Of a stretch of DNA of 64,000 nt, positions 30,771 through 40,464 are shown in pieces. Source of the stretch: a candidate division FCPU426 bacterium (lineage in GTDB: Bacteria; Oederibacteriota; PGYV01; Palsa-1178); contig CAWIXE010000002.1 in the NCBI GenBank assembly GCA_963840035.1, positions 512,001 through 576,000 of the forward strand, in the 5' to 3' direction. The position numbers were made by a program, and so were the translations under genes. The notes beneath the pieces are model-generated. The model did no database searches. It saw only the letters and a list, made by a program, of their open reading frames with translations, and was not told where the DNA came from. Each line of letters opens with the position of its first letter. Positions within the stretch are counted from its first letter, which is position 1.

Positions 30771-32471
30771 ATGAACTGGCAGTATGCTGAAGAAAAGAAC
30801 ATAGACCCCATACTGAAGGCCGAACTAAAGGACAAGCTCCAGCTTCCTGATTATATTGTCACGGCCTTTATTAACCGCGGTATTGATTCATTTGACCGCG
30901 CCAGGGAAGTCTTTGAGATAGACAGCGCGCCGCTTTATCCGCCTTATCTTTTTGAGGATATGGAAAAAGCAGTATCAAGGATAGAAAAGGCCGTTAAATC
31001 AAATGAAAAGATAGTAATATACGGCGATTATGACGTGGATGGAGTGACCGCCATAGTGGTTCTGTTCCTTTTCTTTAAAAACTTTCTGAAATACACAAAT
31101 ATAGATTATTACATTCCCCACAGGCAGGACGAAGGTTACGGCCTGAATATCGACGCGCTGACAGCCATAAAAGCCGCGGGAGCAGGCCTTATTATTTCGG
31201 TGGATTGCGGCATATCGGCCAAAAAAGAAGTGGAATTCTGTTCGGTTAACAATATGGATATCATTATAACAGACCATCACATACCTGAAGGCGAAACTAC
31301 GCCTGATAAAGCATTTGCTATAATCAACCCGAAATTATCCAAAAAATACCCGGAGAGAGAACTATCTGGCGCAGGGGTGGCGTATAAACTCCTTTGCGCG
31401 CTTGCCGACAGGTTCAAGATAGACATTAAAAATGAATTCCTTGATTTTGTGGCTCTTGGGACTGTGGCGGATATTGTTCCGCTTACATATGAGAACAGGA
31501 TACTGGCGCGCAGGGGTTTTAAACAGATAGAAAAAACCACAAATATTGGGCTGAAGAAGCTTAAGGAAGTGGCGGGAATAAAGACGGACGCGCGCATATC
31601 GACATACCACGTGGGATTTATCCTCGGCCCCAGGATCAACGCCGCAGGCAGACTGGAGCACGCTAAAAAGGCGGTGGAACTTTTTGTCTCGGATGACGCG
31701 GAACTTGTGGAAACCATAGCGCGCGAGCTTAATGAGACAAACGAAGAGCGCAAAAGCGTCATGAATAAAACACACGAAGAAGCGGTTAAAATGTTAAAAG
31801 ACGGTTATAACCCGGAAGAGGATTTTGTCATAATATTATATGATTCACTGTGGAACGCGGGAATAGTGGGGTTGGTAGCTTCAAAAGTGGTAAGGTCCTT
31901 TAACAGGCCCGCATTTATTCTGACAAAAAGCGATGATGGGCTTATTCATGGCAGCGCCAGAAGCGTGCATTCTGTAAATATTTTTGAGGCAATCAAATCA
32001 GCCCATAGCCACCTGGAGCGCTACGGCGGGCATAAGCTTGCCGCCGGCATCACCATGAAAGAGGCCAATTTAAACGGTTTTAAGGGCGCGGTTAACGCAT
32101 ACCTTAAGAAGACTTTTAAAAAAGAGGATTTTGAGCCGGTATTAAAGATTGACTGCATGATAAACGAACCGTTAAGCCTGCGGGATATAAAGATATTTGA
32201 CAAGCTCCAGCCGTGGGGAGAAGGCAACCCCAAGCCTGTTTTTTCGTTAAATGAAGTGGAAGTAAGGGAAGTAAAACTGATGAAAAGCAACACGATGAAA
32301 TTTTACGGAAAGGTTAAGGACAAATTCTATAATTTCCTGCTGTTCGGATATACCGAAGAACAGGCGGATGACATCAAACCGGGACATATATTTGACGTGG
32401 CATTTACGCCTACCATAAATGTATGGAAGGACGAGGAATCGCTTATTCTGGAAGTGCAGGATATTAAATAG
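30771..32471 (+). CDS. recJ: Single-stranded DNA exonuclease RecJ
   Basis: YGDYDVDG, VDCG, TDHH, GPRINAAGR, GGH motifs. Confidence 0.96.
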   Translation: MNWQYAEEKNIDPILKAELKDKLQLPDYIVTAFINRGIDSFDRAREVFEIDSAPLYPPYLFEDMEKAVSRIEKAVKSNEKIVIYGDYDVDGVTAIVVLFLFFKNFLKYTNIDYYIPHRQDEGYGLNIDALTAIKAAGAGLIISVDCGISAKKEVEFCSVNNMDIIITDHHIPEGETTPDKAFAIINPKLSKKYPERELSGAGVAYKLLCALADRFKIDIKNEFLDFVALGTVADIVPLTYENRILARRGFKQIEKTTNIGLKKLKEVAGIKTDARISTYHVGFILGPRINAAGRLEHAKKAVELFVSDDAELVETIARELNETNEERKSVMNKTHEEAVKMLKDGYNPEEDFVIILYDSLWNAGIVGLVASKVVRSFNRPAFILTKSDDGLIHGSARSVHSVNIFEAIKSAHSHLERYGGHKLAAGITMKEANLNGFKGAVNAYLKKTFKKEDFEPVLKIDCMINEPLSLRDIKIFDKLQPWGEGNPKPVFSLNEVEVREVKLMKSNTMKFYGKVKDKFYNFLLFGYTEEQADDIKPGHIFDVAFTPTINVWKDEESLILEVQDIK

Positions 32472-32558
32472 TGGCGAGTGATGTGTGATATGTGATAAGT
32501 GAGGGCTTAAAACCGGATATTGAAATTCACTTTTCACATAGCACGCGCCACCCGGCAC
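32471..32558. repeat. Inverted pair of heptamer arrays (GTGNNNN family), no gene inside
   Basis: gtggcga gtgatgt gtgatat gtgataa gtgaggg / aattcac ttttcac atagcac gcgccac ccggcac. Confidence 0.8.
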
Positions 32559-32585
32559 AAAACATGATAAAAACGGAGGTGTTAC

Positions 32586-32954
32586 ATGAAGAAAATTGTG
32601 ATGGTTATTGTGGCGGTTTTAGTTTGTGCTGTTATGGTGTTTGCGGCGGATAAATCAAAGAAAGCTTCTTCATCAGACGAAAAAAAGCCGACGGTTGTGG
32701 TGGCAAACGGCGAATATGCCGGGTCTTTGGTGGCGGACGGGAACGGCAGGAGCGTGGTTATAGTGAACACGTATACCGGCGATTTCGAGGTATTTGACAT
32801 AGACAGGCAGGGAATGGAAAGAAAATCAGGTACGGGCAATGAGATATTCTACAGCGCAATAAAATACAACCACAAAAATGGAACCAGACAACTGGTTAAA
32901 TACAAAGTTGTTTCAGACGCAAACGCAGGGGAGACAGAACAAACGGAAGAATAG
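32586..32954 (+). CDS. Hypothetical exported protein
   Basis: ggaggt RBS; clear signal peptide; no recognisable domain. Confidence 0.7.
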   Translation: MKKIVMVIVAVLVCAVMVFAADKSKKASSSDEKKPTVVVANGEYAGSLVADGNGRSVVIVNTYTGDFEVFDIDRQGMERKSGTGNEIFYSAIKYNHKNGTRQLVKYKVVSDANAGETEQTEE

Positions 32955-32971
32955 TTCAAAACCTAAAACCC

Positions 32972-33064
32972 GGGCGGGCCACCGGCTCGCCCCTACGAAA
33001 ACAGAACAAAACGAAGTTAGTATGATTTGTCTTGTCCTCGTAGGGGCGAGCCGGTGGCTCGCCC
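32972..33064. repeat. Inverted REP pair (REPIN-like)
   Basis: Reverse-complement REP 32972-32996 and forward GTAGGGGCGAGCCGGTGGCTCGCCC at 33040. Confidence 0.9.
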
Positions 33065-33100
33065 GGTTTTAGATATTTACGTATATTCAGGGGTGTGGGG

Positions 33101-33700
33101 ATGACGTTTAATTGGGTCAAATCAATTTTTACTAACACGGGATTTTATGCGCTGTTTATTATTATTTTTTATCTTCTCTTCAACAAATACAAATCAAAAA
33201 CAGAAACCACTGCAAACGCATATATTTTTATTTACTCTCTTCTCGTTAATATCATCACACTCGGGATTGTAGCCATATTATCCAATCCTAACATAAATGA
33301 AAATACATGGTCGTTCGTGCTGTTTTCAGCTCCGGCTGTCCTGGGCATTCCGCTGTCGTTATTCGGGCTGTCTTTGGTCCCGTTGCTGCTAATATGCCTT
33401 ATACCGTTTGTGTTTATTTTTCACGCGTTGAGAATGGATGTATATATAGGCGCTATAGGAGTATCTTTCGCGCTGACAATGCTCGCCACAGGCTGTGTCC
33501 AATATTACATGCTGGGTTGGGGAGTAAAGCACGGTTTTAAGGCTTTAAAGGAAAAGATGAAAGAAAAAGGAAAGATATTACTTGCGGTTTCTTTGATTGT
33601 AATACTGGTTTCGCTGCTGGGCGTATTTTCCTGGTCGAAAATGCGGGAAGTGCTCCAGCCGTTGTATCTGGATAAAAGGCAGGAGATAAAGTACTGGTAG
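33101..33700 (+). CDS. Hypothetical multi-pass membrane protein
   Basis: About 200-aa hydrophobic ORF between REP clusters. Confidence 0.65.
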   Translation: MTFNWVKSIFTNTGFYALFIIIFYLLFNKYKSKTETTANAYIFIYSLLVNIITLGIVAILSNPNINENTWSFVLFSAPAVLGIPLSLFGLSLVPLLLICLIPFVFIFHALRMDVYIGAIGVSFALTMLATGCVQYYMLGWGVKHGFKALKEKMKEKGKILLAVSLIVILVSLLGVFSWSKMREVLQPLYLDKRQEIKYW

Positions 33701-33726
33701 GTTGTTATTGATTGGTTCTAGTTTTC

Positions 33727-33904
33727 GTAGGGGCGAGCCGGTGGCTCGCCCGGCTTTTGACCGGTCCAAACCAGGATCTAAAGCCGGGCGAGCCACCGGC
33801 TCGCCCCTACGAGGGCAAAGCATTACAGAACAAAGCCAGGCTGGATTTGTCTTGTTTTCGCAGGAGCGAGTCCTGCTTCGCTGGACATGGCCGGTGGCTC
33901 GCCC
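33727..33904. repeat. Three REPs (forward, reverse, interrupted forward)
   Basis: 33727-33751, 33786-33810 (reverse) and 33860-33904 carrying a 20-bp insert. Confidence 0.88.
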
Positions 33905-33941
33905 GGGTTTAGATTTAGAACAAAGATATAGAGGGGTCTAT

Positions 33942-34508
33942 ATGGAAAACAAGGGAAAAATGCCGGACCGCAGGTCTGTCCGTTTGCGTGGTTATGATTA
34001 CTCTCAGGCCGGGGCGTATTATGTCACGGTTTGTGTTGAAAGCCGCAGGTGTGTTTTATCAATGATTGATAACGCGGAAAGCAACCTTAATGACTACGGG
34101 GAAGCTGTAAGGGATGAAATATTGAAAACACCGCAAATCAGAACAAACATTATAATCGATGAATTTGTTATCATGCCGAACCACTTCCACTTAATCATAA
34201 TAATTAACTCTGAAAAAGGCGTCATACTGCCCGGTGTTATTAATAGTTATTCGCCCGAAAAGATGCCGTTTGAGCTTAATAAAGACTCGCTTGGCGCGGT
34301 AATGGCGCAAATTAAATCAATAACAACCAAGAAGATACGAAAACTTGGCTTAAAGGATTTTGAATGGCAGAGAGGATATTATGAACACGTTGTTAGGGAT
34401 GAAGAGGATTTGATGGTTAAAAAGGAGTATATAGTTAACAATCCACTACAGTGGGAGCTGGATGATTACAATCCGCATAATAAAAAGACAAAGGCAGAAA
34501 ACCCTTAA
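33942..34508 (+). mobile_element. REP-associated tyrosine transposase (RAYT, Y1/HUH family)
   Basis: RRSVRLRGYDYSQAGAYYVTVC, HUH motif MPNHFHLI, WQRGYYEHVVR, YIVNNP; REPs on both sides; upstream ORF extension is translated REP DNA. Confidence 0.92.
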
Positions 34509-34523
34509 AACAAACCAAAGGCC

Positions 34524-34632
34524 GGGCGAGCCACCGGCTCGCCCCTACGAAAACAAAACTTGGCAAAGCAAGGCAAAACTAAGTAAGGGTTGATTTGTCT
34601 TGTCTTCGTAGGGGCGAGCCGGTGGCTCGCCC
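34524..34632. repeat. Inverted REP pair downstream of RAYT
   Basis: Reverse REP 34524-34548 and forward REP 34608-34632. Confidence 0.9.
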
Positions 34633-34645
34633 GGTTTTAGATTTA

Positions 34646-35305
34646 TTACCTGGAATTACCGACACCTATACGCGGGCAGTATTTTGACACCGGGCATTTA
34701 GAACACCACGGCGATACTGAAAGGCATATGTTCTGGCCGAATAATACCAGCCAGTAGTTTATTTTCATCCAGTACTTTACCGGCAATATCTCCCTTAAAC
34801 GCAGTTCCGTGTGGTCGGCATCCTTGGTTTTGACGTATCCCCAGCGGTTGTTTATCTTGTGTACGTGCGTATCCACGCATATGCCCGGTTTGTTAAAAGC
34901 AACTGTGACTACCAGGTTGGCTGTTTTGCGGCCAACTCCGGGGATAGTCAGCAGTTCATCAAGGTCATCGGGTACTTTGCCTTTATACTTTTCCAGGATT
35001 ATCTTAGTTATATTCAGCACGTTCCTTGCCTTTACGTGATAGAAACCTGTTTTGTAAACTATCCTTTCCATCTCTTTAAGCGTTATTTTCATGACCTTTT
35101 CAGGGGTGGGCGCTATCTTATAAAGGTTCTCTGATACTATGGCCGTGGCCTCATCCTTGGCGCGCAGGGAAAGGATGCAGGGGATAAGGACCCAGTAAGG
35201 GTCGTGTGTTTTGTCGTGGAAACGCTCCAGGACCGGCGCCCGGTATTTTTTTGTGTAATCCCTGATAATCTTTAAAACGATATCGATATTTTTGTTATTA
35301 ACCAT
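34646..35305 (-). CDS. nth: Endonuclease III
   Basis: HhH motif IPGVGRKTA, VDTHV, C-x6-C-x2-C-x5-C Fe-S motif. Confidence 0.92.
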   Translation of the reverse strand: MVNNKNIDIVLKIIRDYTKKYRAPVLERFHDKTHDPYWVLIPCILSLRAKDEATAIVSENLYKIAPTPEKVMKITLKEMERIVYKTGFYHVKARNVLNITKIILEKYKGKVPDDLDELLTIPGVGRKTANLVVTVAFNKPGICVDTHVHKINNRWGYVKTKDADHTELRLREILPVKYWMKINYWLVLFGQNICLSVSPWCSKCPVSKYCPRIGVGNSR

Positions 35306-35306
35306 A

Positions 35307-35798
35307 TTACACCTTTATATTCTTTATGAGATGGATTGCGTAGAAAAACAACATAAAGCCGCAGCAAAGAACCTTAAATATGACACCTGCGATAAATCCC
35401 AGGAATGTCCCGAAAGAAGCCTTAAGCGACGGTAATATCTTTGATCCGAGGGTCAATTCGCCGATTAGTGCCCCTAAAAAGGCGCCGGCAACCATGCCTG
35501 CCGGAGGTAATACAAAAATACCGGCGAGCATTCCGATTATAGAACCTGTAACAGCCCTGTCAGAACCGCCGAATTTTTTCGCGGCAATTACGGGGAATAA
35601 ATTATCAAGGAAAGTAGCGGCGAGGGTTAAGATGCCGAGCAGAATAAGCGTGTCCGTGGTAAAGTGCCCGTATTTTGAAAAATGAAGGCATAACAGGCCG
35701 GCAAATGACAGGGGGGGCCCGATAAGTATGGGCATCACACAGCCGAGCAGCCCGACAATCAGCAATAAACCGCCTATTATAACGAGAGCTATGTCCAT
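35307..35798 (-). CDS. DUF456 family membrane protein
   Basis: Hydrophobic ORF with AKKFGGS and GAFLGALIGE. Confidence 0.8.
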   Translation of the reverse strand: MDIALVIIGGLLLIVGLLGCVMPILIGPPLSFAGLLCLHFSKYGHFTTDTLILLGILTLAATFLDNLFPVIAAKKFGGSDRAVTGSIIGMLAGIFVLPPAGMVAGAFLGALIGELTLGSKILPSLKASFGTFLGFIAGVIFKVLCCGFMLFFYAIHLIKNIKV

Positions 35799-35824
35799 GG
35801 AACTCCTTTGAGTGGGGGGCTCGA

Positions 35825-35906
35825 GATGCAGAATCTGGAATTAAAAACAAGGCAGTTATTCACGGTTTGTTTTTTAATCCGCATTCCGCAATCGACATTC
35901 CGCATT
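35825..35906. repeat. Degenerate inverted heptamer arrays (TTCCGCA family)
   Basis: gatgcag aatctgg aatt ... atccgca ttccgca atcgaca ttccgca. Confidence 0.6.
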
Positions 35907-35908
35907 TC

Positions 35909-37297
35909 CTATATCTCCTCCCTTGCCGGTGAAACCGGCCGTTCTTTCATTTTCATCAATGCCCGTTCTTTCCATTTGCCGGCTTTATAGTACCAGTAGG
36001 AAATGATCATCCCGATATATACGCTCACTGTCATGCCGATCCAGATGCTTAGTTCCTTTAACTGCGTTTTTTCAATAAGCAGCCAGGATATGCCGGCCCT
36101 GAAGATGATAAGCGATATGAAGGCAAAGACCGTAAGGGGGATTGTGTCGCCGGCGCCGCGGATAACACCCTGGAAAGCGAACATCATGGCAAAGGCAAAA
36201 TATGTAAGGGAATCTATACGCCAGTACATCTTTGCCGCTTCCCAGACATGCTCGTGATTGGAGAATAATCCGGCAATCTGGTTTGGGAACACATTGACGG
36301 GTATGTAGAAGAAAAGCGCGAAGCCAAGGGATATGAACATGGCATTTCTCATTATTTCGGGTATTTTGTCATCCTTGCCGCTGCCGATTGCCTGTGCTGC
36401 CATAGCTGAAACCGCTGACCCGAGCGACATGGCAGGCAGAAAAGAGAACTGGTCAATCCTCATGCCGATTCCATAACCGGCGATGACGTCCGCCCCGAAT
36501 TTATTAACAAATGTTATTATTATAACCGCGCTCACAGCGTTAATTACCATCTGTACTGAAACAGGGACGCCTATTATGAACATTTTTTTTATAATGGAAA
36601 AATCAAGTTTGTATTTCCATCTTAGGACATTAAGCATGACGTTTTTCTTCGCGAGGTAGACAAATGCGAAAAGCGCGGCTATGAACTGCGATATTACGGT
36701 GGCAAGGGCCGAACCGGCAATACCGAGTTTTGGAAGGCCGAATGCCCCCACTATGAGAATCGGCGCCAGAATGACATTTAAAATAATCGCGATTATCTGC
36801 AGTATGAAAGGGGTCTTTGAGTCCCCGAGGCCGCGCAGCACGCCTGAGAACCAGTTAAAAGAGAACATGAATATCAGGCCGGAGAAAATTATGACGATGA
36901 AAGTCTGCGCGTCCTTGACGATGTTCGCGGGGGTATTAAGGGCGTGCAGCAGCGGGCCGATAAAAATGATGGCCAGCGTGGAAACTACGACGCACATCGC
37001 AAGAACGGTCATGAAAGAATTGACAAGTATTTTTTCAAGGAAGGGCATGTCTCCCATGCCATATGCCTGTCCTACCATGATTACTGTGGCAATGGCAATG
37101 CCGATAACCAGCGATATCATAAGAAACATAAGGGGCCCGACAGATGATATGGAAGCCAGGGCGTCTGAACCGATTAGGCGGCCAACCCAAAGGGCGTCTA
37201 TTACGCTGAAAGAAGCCTGCAGCATGTCGCCCAGAATAATGGGGAATGAATATTTAAGGAGGTTCTGTAAAAGGTTGCCTTCAGTAAGATTTTTCAT
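35909..37297 (-). CDS. MATE family efflux transporter
   Basis: LTEG N-terminus, LRGLGDSKTP, GIAGSALAT, RGAGDT; about 12 TM segments. Confidence 0.93.
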   Translation of the reverse strand: MKNLTEGNLLQNLLKYSFPIILGDMLQASFSVIDALWVGRLIGSDALASISSVGPLMFLMISLVIGIAIATVIMVGQAYGMGDMPFLEKILVNSFMTVLAMCVVVSTLAIIFIGPLLHALNTPANIVKDAQTFIVIIFSGLIFMFSFNWFSGVLRGLGDSKTPFILQIIAIILNVILAPILIVGAFGLPKLGIAGSALATVISQFIAALFAFVYLAKKNVMLNVLRWKYKLDFSIIKKMFIIGVPVSVQMVINAVSAVIIITFVNKFGADVIAGYGIGMRIDQFSFLPAMSLGSAVSAMAAQAIGSGKDDKIPEIMRNAMFISLGFALFFYIPVNVFPNQIAGLFSNHEHVWEAAKMYWRIDSLTYFAFAMMFAFQGVIRGAGDTIPLTVFAFISLIIFRAGISWLLIEKTQLKELSIWIGMTVSVYIGMIISYWYYKAGKWKERALMKMKERPVSPAREEI

Positions 37298-37379
37298 ATT
37301 TCCTCGATTCATTGGTTTATTTCATCAGTTATTGTAATAAAAATAGGGGTGGATGGCAAGGGGGAAGTGTTTTAAGGTA

Positions 37380-37435
37380 GGTACAAAGCTCAAGGTACAA
37401 AGCTCAAATCCCAAAGCCCAAGGTTCAAAGTCCGA
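37380..37435. repeat. One-sided heptamer array, 8 units (RGNNCAA)
   Basis: ggtacaa agctcaa ggtacaa agctcaa atcccaa agcccaa ggttcaa agtccga. Confidence 0.8.
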
Positions 37436-37568
37436 AGGTGTATCGTTGCTTAACCTGGGACGGAATTTCGACCAGAAGTAAACTTACGGTCGAAAAAACG
37501 GCTTTTAACCCGTTCTGGATAAAGTTTCACTATGCGATATTTTATTGTTAAGTACCTGATATTTTTTG

Positions 37569-37597
37569 TTGACATGGTATGGGGGGTTCTGTATAAT
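37569..37597 (+). promoter_or_regulatory. Consensus sigma70 promoter for the yceD-rpmF-plsX-fab operon
   Basis: TTGACA-17 nt-TATAAT. Confidence 0.85.
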
Positions 37598-37634
37598 TTA
37601 ACCTCGATTATCTAAAGAGCTGAGGTTATTTGAA

Positions 37635-38132
37635 ATGTTTAAAATTAAACTATCGTCATTTGGCGACAGGCAGGAGTTCACGCATGAACTCAAAAAAGGA
37701 GAAATTTCCTTTGAAAACCTCGAATTTGAGGACGGCCTGTTCATAGAGGTGGCGCTTACAAAGGACGGAACAAACACAGTCATTGTTGAAGGCCATATAA
37801 AGGGCACCCTTATGCTTACTTGCGGCAGGTGCCTGGAAGGCTACAAGCAGGCTGTGGATTCGGATATTATCGGTATTTTTAAGGAAAAAAATACGATACT
37901 TCAGGATGATATAGCAAATGACGTTATGCCATTTTCAAATAATGTAATAGACCTGCATGATTTTCTGAGGGAGGCCATGCTTTTGGAGCTGCCCCTGAAA
38001 CCCCTTTGCCGTGTGGACTGCCAGGGACTTTGTCCCGTATGCGGCAAGAATAATAATAATGAGAAGTGTGACTGCATAAAGAAACTCAAAGAAGAAGAGA
38101 CATTCAAGCCTTTTAAAAAGCTTGATTTATAA
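37635..38132 (+). CDS. yceD: DUF177/YceD protein
   Basis: CGRCL and PLCRVDCQGLCPVCG; upstream of rpmF. Confidence 0.9.
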   Translation: MFKIKLSSFGDRQEFTHELKKGEISFENLEFEDGLFIEVALTKDGTNTVIVEGHIKGTLMLTCGRCLEGYKQAVDSDIIGIFKEKNTILQDDIANDVMPFSNNVIDLHDFLREAMLLELPLKPLCRVDCQGLCPVCGKNNNNEKCDCIKKLKEEETFKPFKKLDL

Positions 38133-38149
38133 ACCAGGAGGTAAGTAAA

Positions 38150-38335
38150 TTGGCAAATTTAACAAGAAAAACATCAAAGTCAAAATCAAGAAGCAGGAGG
38201 GCCGCCAACCAGAAGTTGAGGCAGAGCCTTAATCTCTCGGACTGCCCGAACTGCCACCAGAAAAAATTACCGCACAAAGTCTGCGGAAACTGCGGTTTTT
38301 ATGACGGCAGGGACATCCTTAAAAAGGCCGACTAA
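38150..38335 (+). CDS. rpmF: 50S ribosomal protein L32
   Basis: RKTSKSKSRSRRA, CPNC...PHKVCGNCGFYDGR; aggaggt RBS, TTG start. Confidence 0.95.
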   Translation: MANLTRKTSKSKSRSRRAANQKLRQSLNLSDCPNCHQKKLPHKVCGNCGFYDGRDILKKAD

Positions 38336-38368
38336 GACAAAACTTAACAATCTAAATCCGGAGGCATA

Positions 38369-39382
38369 ATGAGAATAGTCCTTGACGCTATGGGGAGTGA
38401 TAATGCCCCTCATGTTGAAATAGACGGGGCGCTGCAGGCGGTAAAAGAATTTTCTGATATTACTGTGGTGCTTGTCGGAAAAAAAGACGTGCTGGAACCT
38501 TTGCTTAAAAGCAAAGGCGATGCCGCATCCTTAAAAAGGATAGAAATCGTCAATGCCGATGAAGTTGTCACCATGTCGGACCACCCGGCAGAGGCTTTTA
38601 AAACAAAAAAGAATTCATCAATCGCGGTATCTGCCGCGCTCTTGAAGGAAAATAAAGCTGACGCGCTCGTGTCAGCCGGCAACACAGGCTCTGTAGTGGT
38701 ACACTCACTGCTTATTATAGGAAGGATACCCGGAGTTTCCAGGCCTGCTATACTTATCCCGATGCCCAACGCAAAGGGCTTTGGCGCGCTTTTAGACGCG
38801 GGCGGCAATGTGGACTGCAAGCCAGCACACCTGGTTCAGTTCGCGTTAATGGGAATACTTTATGCCAAACACATCCTGAAGATAGATAATCCTTCTGTTG
38901 GAATGGTGTCAGTGGGTGAAGAAGAGGAAAAAGGAAATGAACTCACCAACGAAACCAACGAGCTTTTCAAGACATCAGGACTGAACTATAAGGGCCATGT
39001 GGAGGGTAAGGACATCGTAAACGCAGTCACTGATGTTGCGGTATGCGACGGGTTTGTGGGAAACGTTATTTTAAAGTTCGGTGAAGGCCTCTCTGAGTTC
39101 CTGTTTAACGGCATAAAGGATGGCATAAAAAACGGGGGCATTCTTGCCATGATAGGCGGCATGCTTTTGAAGCCTGTTTTCAGCAAAATGAAGAAAAAAT
39201 TCAGTTACGACGAATACGGCGGAGCGCCGCTTATAGGCATAAAAAAACCTGTAATAATAACCCACGGCAGGGCCAATGTAAAGGCGATTAAAAACTCGAT
39301 CAGAGTAGCCGCGGAGTTCATCAAGGACCACATAAATGAAGAAATAGAAGAGGGAATAAAAGTCTTAGGAGGAGAGAAGTGA
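38369..39382 (+). CDS. plsX: Phosphate acyltransferase PlsX
   Basis: LDAMGSD, SAGNTG, CDGFVGNVILK, YGGAPL, HG. Confidence 0.96.
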   Translation: MRIVLDAMGSDNAPHVEIDGALQAVKEFSDITVVLVGKKDVLEPLLKSKGDAASLKRIEIVNADEVVTMSDHPAEAFKTKKNSSIAVSAALLKENKADALVSAGNTGSVVVHSLLIIGRIPGVSRPAILIPMPNAKGFGALLDAGGNVDCKPAHLVQFALMGILYAKHILKIDNPSVGMVSVGEEEEKGNELTNETNELFKTSGLNYKGHVEGKDIVNAVTDVAVCDGFVGNVILKFGEGLSEFLFNGIKDGIKNGGILAMIGGMLLKPVFSKMKKKFSYDEYGGAPLIGIKKPVIITHGRANVKAIKNSIRVAAEFIKDHINEEIEEGIKVLGGEK

Positions 39383-40359
39383 GCATAAAAGCGGGAATAC
39401 TCGGGTGCGGTTATTATGTGCCTGAAAGAATAATGACCAATTTTGAACTTGAGAAAATCGTTGATACATCCGACGAATGGATAAGAACCAGGACGGGTAT
39501 AGAGCAGAGGCGCATAGCTGCCGAAGGCGAATGCACGTCAGATATGGCTTTAAAAGCGGCTGAGCGCGCCATCAAGGACGCCGGCATTAATAAGGATGAG
39601 ATTGACCTCGTAGTTATACCGACTATCTGTCCGGATTACGCGTGGCCGGCTACGGCATGTATCACAACTGCAAAACTCGGATTGAAAAACGTGCCGGCTT
39701 TTGACGTTTCAGCCGCGTGCTCGGGTTTCATATACGGGCTGACAGTGGCCAGGTCCATGGTTGAGTCAGGGCTTTATAAAAGGGTCCTGCTTATAGCGGC
39801 CGAGAAATTTTCCACATACCTTGACTGGACAGACAGGAACACCTGCGTTTTAATGGGCGACGGTGCCGGAGCCATGGTAATAGGCCCCAGCGAGACCAGC
39901 CAGATAATGTCAACATATCTTAATTCCGACGGAAGCCATCCTGAATATCTTTGCCAGCCCGGAGGCGGATCTGTTATGCCTTTATCCCAGAAAGTGCTGG
40001 ATGAAAAGCAGAACTTCATGCACATGAACGGCAAGGAAATATATGTAAACGCCGTTGAGAAGATGCCGGAAGCCCTTGATAAGGCTATGGCGCTGGCGGG
40101 AGTCACCGCGGATCAGGTGGATTTTATGATATTCCACCAGGCAAACATAAGGATAATCCAGTACATAGCTAAAAAATTCAACGTACCTGATGAAAAAAAT
40201 ATAATAAACATACAGCGTTACGGCAACACTTCAGCCGCGACCATCCCGATAGCGTTCGCGGAAGCGTATGAAGCGGGGAAGATAAAAAGGGGCCACACAG
40301 TAGCATTCTCCGCTTTCGGCGGGGGATTGACGTGGGGCGGAGCGGTTGTAAAGTTCTAA
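39379..40359 (+). CDS. fabH: 3-oxoacyl-ACP synthase III
   Basis: DTSDEWIRTRTGI, AACSGF, HQAN, GNTSAA, GGGLTWG. Confidence 0.97.
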   Translation: MSIKAGILGCGYYVPERIMTNFELEKIVDTSDEWIRTRTGIEQRRIAAEGECTSDMALKAAERAIKDAGINKDEIDLVVIPTICPDYAWPATACITTAKLGLKNVPAFDVSAACSGFIYGLTVARSMVESGLYKRVLLIAAEKFSTYLDWTDRNTCVLMGDGAGAMVIGPSETSQIMSTYLNSDGSHPEYLCQPGGGSVMPLSQKVLDEKQNFMHMNGKEIYVNAVEKMPEALDKAMALAGVTADQVDFMIFHQANIRIIQYIAKKFNVPDEKNIINIQRYGNTSAATIPIAFAEAYEAGKIKRGHTVAFSAFGGGLTWGGAVVKF

Positions 40360-40363
40360 AAAT

Positions 40364-40440
40364 GTGATAAGTGATATGTGCTAAGTGGTATGTGAAAGAT
40401 GAAGCGGTACACATATCACATACCACACACCACATAGCAC
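40364..40440. repeat. Inverted pair of heptamer arrays (GTGNTAN family), no gene inside
   Basis: gtgataa gtgatat gtgctaa gtggtat gtgaaag / atatcac ataccac acaccac atagcac. Confidence 0.88.
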
Positions 40441-40464
40441 GAATTAATTTTTAAAGGAGTTTTT

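Noticed and set aside
33702..33941. 80-aa N-terminal extension of the RAYT ORF
   Set aside because: It is translated REP DNA (RRGEPVARP); the likely start is ATG 33942 after gagggg.
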